A DNA stretch of 64,000 nucleotides, taken from Planctomycetota bacterium (GTDB lineage: Bacteria > Planctomycetota > B15-G4 > JADJEK01). The stretch is from positions 65,449 to 129,448 of the forward strand of contig JBGAIQ010000015.1 in the NCBI GenBank assembly GCA_044225365.1, written 5' to 3'. This document shows, one piece after another, positions 61,380 to 64,000 of this stretch (its first letter is position 1; each line of letters begins with the position of its first letter). The notes below the pieces were generated by a model. That model searched no databases, was not told the DNA's origin, and saw only the letters and a list, made by a program, of their open reading frames with translations. Both the position numbers and the translations under genes were made by a program.

Positions 61380-62996
61380 TCAGCCGAGCGTCATGCGCAG
61401 CGCGTTGGTCGCCGCGAGCCAACCGGTTTCGGGGAGCAGCGCCTGGAGGTAGATCGAGCCGGTCGTCGGGATCGCCGACGGCATCTGGACGCTGATCGTC
61501 GTCTCGCCGCTGCCGAGCGTCTGGGGCTGGATCAGCACGGGGATCGGGAACGGGAGCAGCGCGCCGATGAAGAACGGGCACGCGCCGGGGAGCTTCGAGT
61601 TGGCCTGAACGAGGCCGATCATCAGCAACGAAACGGTCGGGAGGTTCGTGCCGGAGATCCGGAGCGTGACGATCCCATCGGACGTCGGACAACCGTACCC
61701 GTCGAGGCGCGGCGTCAAGCCGCCGCCGAACGACGGACAGCCGGTGCCGATCCAGTCGAAGCTGCCGGGGCACTCGCCGTACACGCGGGCCGTGAGCGGG
61801 AACGACGGAGCGAGCGGATTGCCGATCGAGCCGGTCATCACGTTCGGGATGCCATCATTGTCGATGTCCATGCCGCCCGCGACCGATCCGGCGTAGCCGA
61901 GGAGTTGATTGTCGCCGGGATACGCGGAGAGAGTCTTGCCGTTCGAGGCCGAGGAGACCCACGCGAAGTCGCCGGGCGAAGTGCCCGTGATGTAGTCGGG
62001 GACGCCATCGAGATTCATGTCACCCGCATATTCGATGCGAGTGCCGAACTCGTAGCCAGCGAGCCCGTCGACACGGCTGATCTGGCTGCCGTTCGACGCG
62101 GTGGAGACGACGGAAACGTAGCCGGACGATGGACCGTTGGTGCTCGCGAGCGGAGCGCCGTAGGCGATTTCGTCGAGGCCGTCGGAGTTCACGTCGCCGA
62201 GGCGCGCGATCGACGTCCCGAGGCGCGAGGCCGGATCCGCGGAGGTGAAGAGGTTGATGGGCAGTCCGGTCGCGCCCGATCGAATGGCAACGTAATTGCC
62301 GTACGGAGCGCCGATCGCCACTTCGGGGAAGTGGTCGCCGTTCACGTCCTTGACGAGCGCGACGGCCCAGCCGAAGCCGTCGTTGTTGGCGCTCGTCGGG
62401 TGATACTCGCCGAGCTTCGCGCCGGTAGCGCTGGAGTACAAGAACGCAGTATTCGTCGCGAAGGCACCGACGAGGACGTCGGGCGCTCCGTCGCTGTCGG
62501 CATCCTCACCCGTCGCGATGGCGCGGCCGAAACCGACCTGGCCGGCGGGTGGGTTGTAGGTGCGGAGGGGTACGCCCGTCGCGCCCGAATGCAGGCGAAC
62601 GTAGCCCGACAATGCGTTGCCGGACATCTGGATCGACGACGCCAGGATGTCGGGCACGCCGTCGAGATTGACGTCGCCGCTGCCGCGAATTCGGGATCCG
62701 AACTGATCGTTCGCCGAGATCCCGAGGATCGAGTAGAGGACCGTTCCGGTCTTGCCCGAGTAGATGTCGATGCGACCGAGCTGCGGATTCTGGATGCCAT
62801 AACGCGGCAACCCGATCGCGAAGTCGGCGTAGCCGTCCGCGTTCACGTCGCCGATCTCGGCGACTTCCTTGCTGAAGTCGTAGTAGCCGGTGAGCTTGTA
62901 GAGCTCGGACTGCGCGTGTGCGGTCGAGCCGAGGAGGATCGCGACGACGCTGCTGAGCGCGGCGCTTGGGAAGAGCGCCACGGTGGATCTGAACAT
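61380..62996 (-). CDS. Secreted FG-GAP repeat protein with C-terminal domain
   Basis: GDVNADGYAD, GDVNLDGVPD and GDVNSDGLDE blades; signal peptide ending AHA. Confidence 0.85.
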   Translation of the reverse strand: MFRSTVALFPSAALSSVVAILLGSTAHAQSELYKLTGYYDFSKEVAEIGDVNADGYADFAIGLPRYGIQNPQLGRIDIYSGKTGTVLYSILGISANDQFGSRIRGSGDVNLDGVPDILASSIQMSGNALSGYVRLHSGATGVPLRTYNPPAGQVGFGRAIATGEDADSDGAPDVLVGAFATNTAFLYSSATGAKLGEYHPTSANNDGFGWAVALVKDVNGDHFPEVAIGAPYGNYVAIRSGATGLPINLFTSADPASRLGTSIARLGDVNSDGLDEIAYGAPLASTNGPSSGYVSVVSTASNGSQISRVDGLAGYEFGTRIEYAGDMNLDGVPDYITGTSPGDFAWVSSASNGKTLSAYPGDNQLLGYAGSVAGGMDIDNDGIPNVMTGSIGNPLAPSFPLTARVYGECPGSFDWIGTGCPSFGGGLTPRLDGYGCPTSDGIVTLRISGTNLPTVSLLMIGLVQANSKLPGACPFFIGALLPFPIPVLIQPQTLGSGETTISVQMPSAIPTTGSIYLQALLPETGWLAATNALRMTLG

Positions 62997-63159
62997 GGTG
63001 CCGAACTCCAGCCCAGGATTGGTGACGGTTCGACGGCTTTGTGTCGAAAGGGGTTCCGTCGTGGAAAAGATTTTACCACGGACCTGCGAGATTGTCGCGG
63101 AGCAAACTGAGACCTCGCACAGCGGGCAGGGCAACGACCGTGGTCTTGCGTACCGACTT

Positions 63160-64000
63160 CTACCAGAACCCAGGCGGCGTGACCTGCCAATCGTCGGAGC
63201 GAGCGCCCTTGAAGTCGCGCACGCTCGCGGTGATGCGGATCTTGAGGTTGTTGGCGATCGGAAGCAACCCGAATTCGAGATCGGCAGACTTGCCGTCGCT
63301 CGCAAGCGTCGTCGCAGACAGGAACGGCCAAAGGAGCGGAAGGATTTCGCCAAAACCGTCGGCTTGAATCGAGAGCGACGAGGGGTCTAATCCGCCGATC
63401 GGGTCGAGCACGCCACCCGGGTCTTCGAAGTGAAGGCGCAGAGCGTGATTCCCAGGCGCGAAGCTCACGGCAACGTGGGGGCCGGTCCGACGGCTCAGTG
63501 GATCGAACGGGTTGCTACGGGCGTCGACTTCATCGGCGTTGGAATCACCATCACCGTCGTTGTCCCCGTCTTGATCGAGCACATTGGCGACCGTGTATCC
63601 CGTCGAGTCACCAATGGGGATCACGTTCGTTCCGTTCTGGAATAGGCCGTTCAATAGCCTTCTCGACATCGTTCCCGAATCCAGGTTGATTCGGTACAGA
63701 TAATCACCCATAGTAACCGCGTCACTTGAAATCGCGTAGGCGATGACACCATCCCCACGGATCGAGAAGCCAGTTACGACCCCCGTCAAATCGTAGGTCG
63801 CCACGAGTGACCCGTCCGGAAGGTGATATTGGAAGATCCGCTTTCCCTGACCACCGGCTTGTGTATTGATTCCCACCGACACATAGTACTCGTTCCGCAC
63901 GATGATCGATTGGTAGGTTGTGATATTCGAACACGCGTCGATGGGAAACGAGCCAAGAAAGCCATTCTCATCCGTGTGATAGAGATAGGGGGAAGTACCG
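63160..64000 (-). CDS. Hypothetical protein, 5' truncated by window edge (beta-rich region, D-rich Ca-binding loop, C-terminal beta-sandwich)
   Basis: Frame open to the window end; DQDGDNDGDGDSNADEVDARSNPFDP motif. Confidence 0.7.
   Translation of the reverse strand, partial: GTSPYLYHTDENGFLGSFPIDACSNITTYQSIIVRNEYYVSVGINTQAGGQGKRIFQYHLPDGSLVATYDLTGVVTGFSIRGDGVIAYAISSDAVTMGDYLYRINLDSGTMSRRLLNGLFQNGTNVIPIGDSTGYTVANVLDQDGDNDGDGDSNADEVDARSNPFDPLSRRTGPHVAVSFAPGNHALRLHFEDPGGVLDPIGGLDPSSLSIQADGFGEILPLLWPFLSATTLASDGKSADLEFGLLPIANNLKIRITASVRDFKGARSDDWQVTPPGFW

Overview
High-GC bacterial chromosomal window. The gene content (FG-GAP proteins, a Ser/Thr kinase, many secreted proteins) suggests Planctomycetota, but this is an inference. 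No rRNA, tRNA, CRISPR array or intact transposase was seen. Housekeeping genes include a suf Fe-S operon (rrf2-sufBCDSUT) running into moaA, a LMW phosphatase and a SNM1/Artemis-like nuclease, plus rlmD, nadA and icd. The most striking signals are: (1) two tandem exported TlpA/thioredoxin-like genes, each interrupted by an in-frame UGA exactly at the first Cys of the redox motif (W-UGA-G-P-C) and each followed by an almost identical double hairpin, i.e. probable selenoproteins with a SECIS-like element; (2) a tightly coupled 7-gene biosynthetic cluster (radical SAM, two Asn-synthetase-like enzymes, GT1, GT2, an apparently circularly permuted ROK kinase, a PIG-L deacetylase) with no recognisable product; (3) a shared ~125-aa Cys-containing C-terminal domain on three or four unrelated secreted proteins, a candidate sorting/anchoring signal; (4) a eukaryote-type SNM1 beta-CASP nuclease; (5) a GT4 fused to a chemoreceptor-like sensor module; (6) a stand-alone NRPS with a beta-Ala-type A domain and a Cys-nucleophile thioesterase. 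All calls are from motif recognition by eye; no database searches were run.
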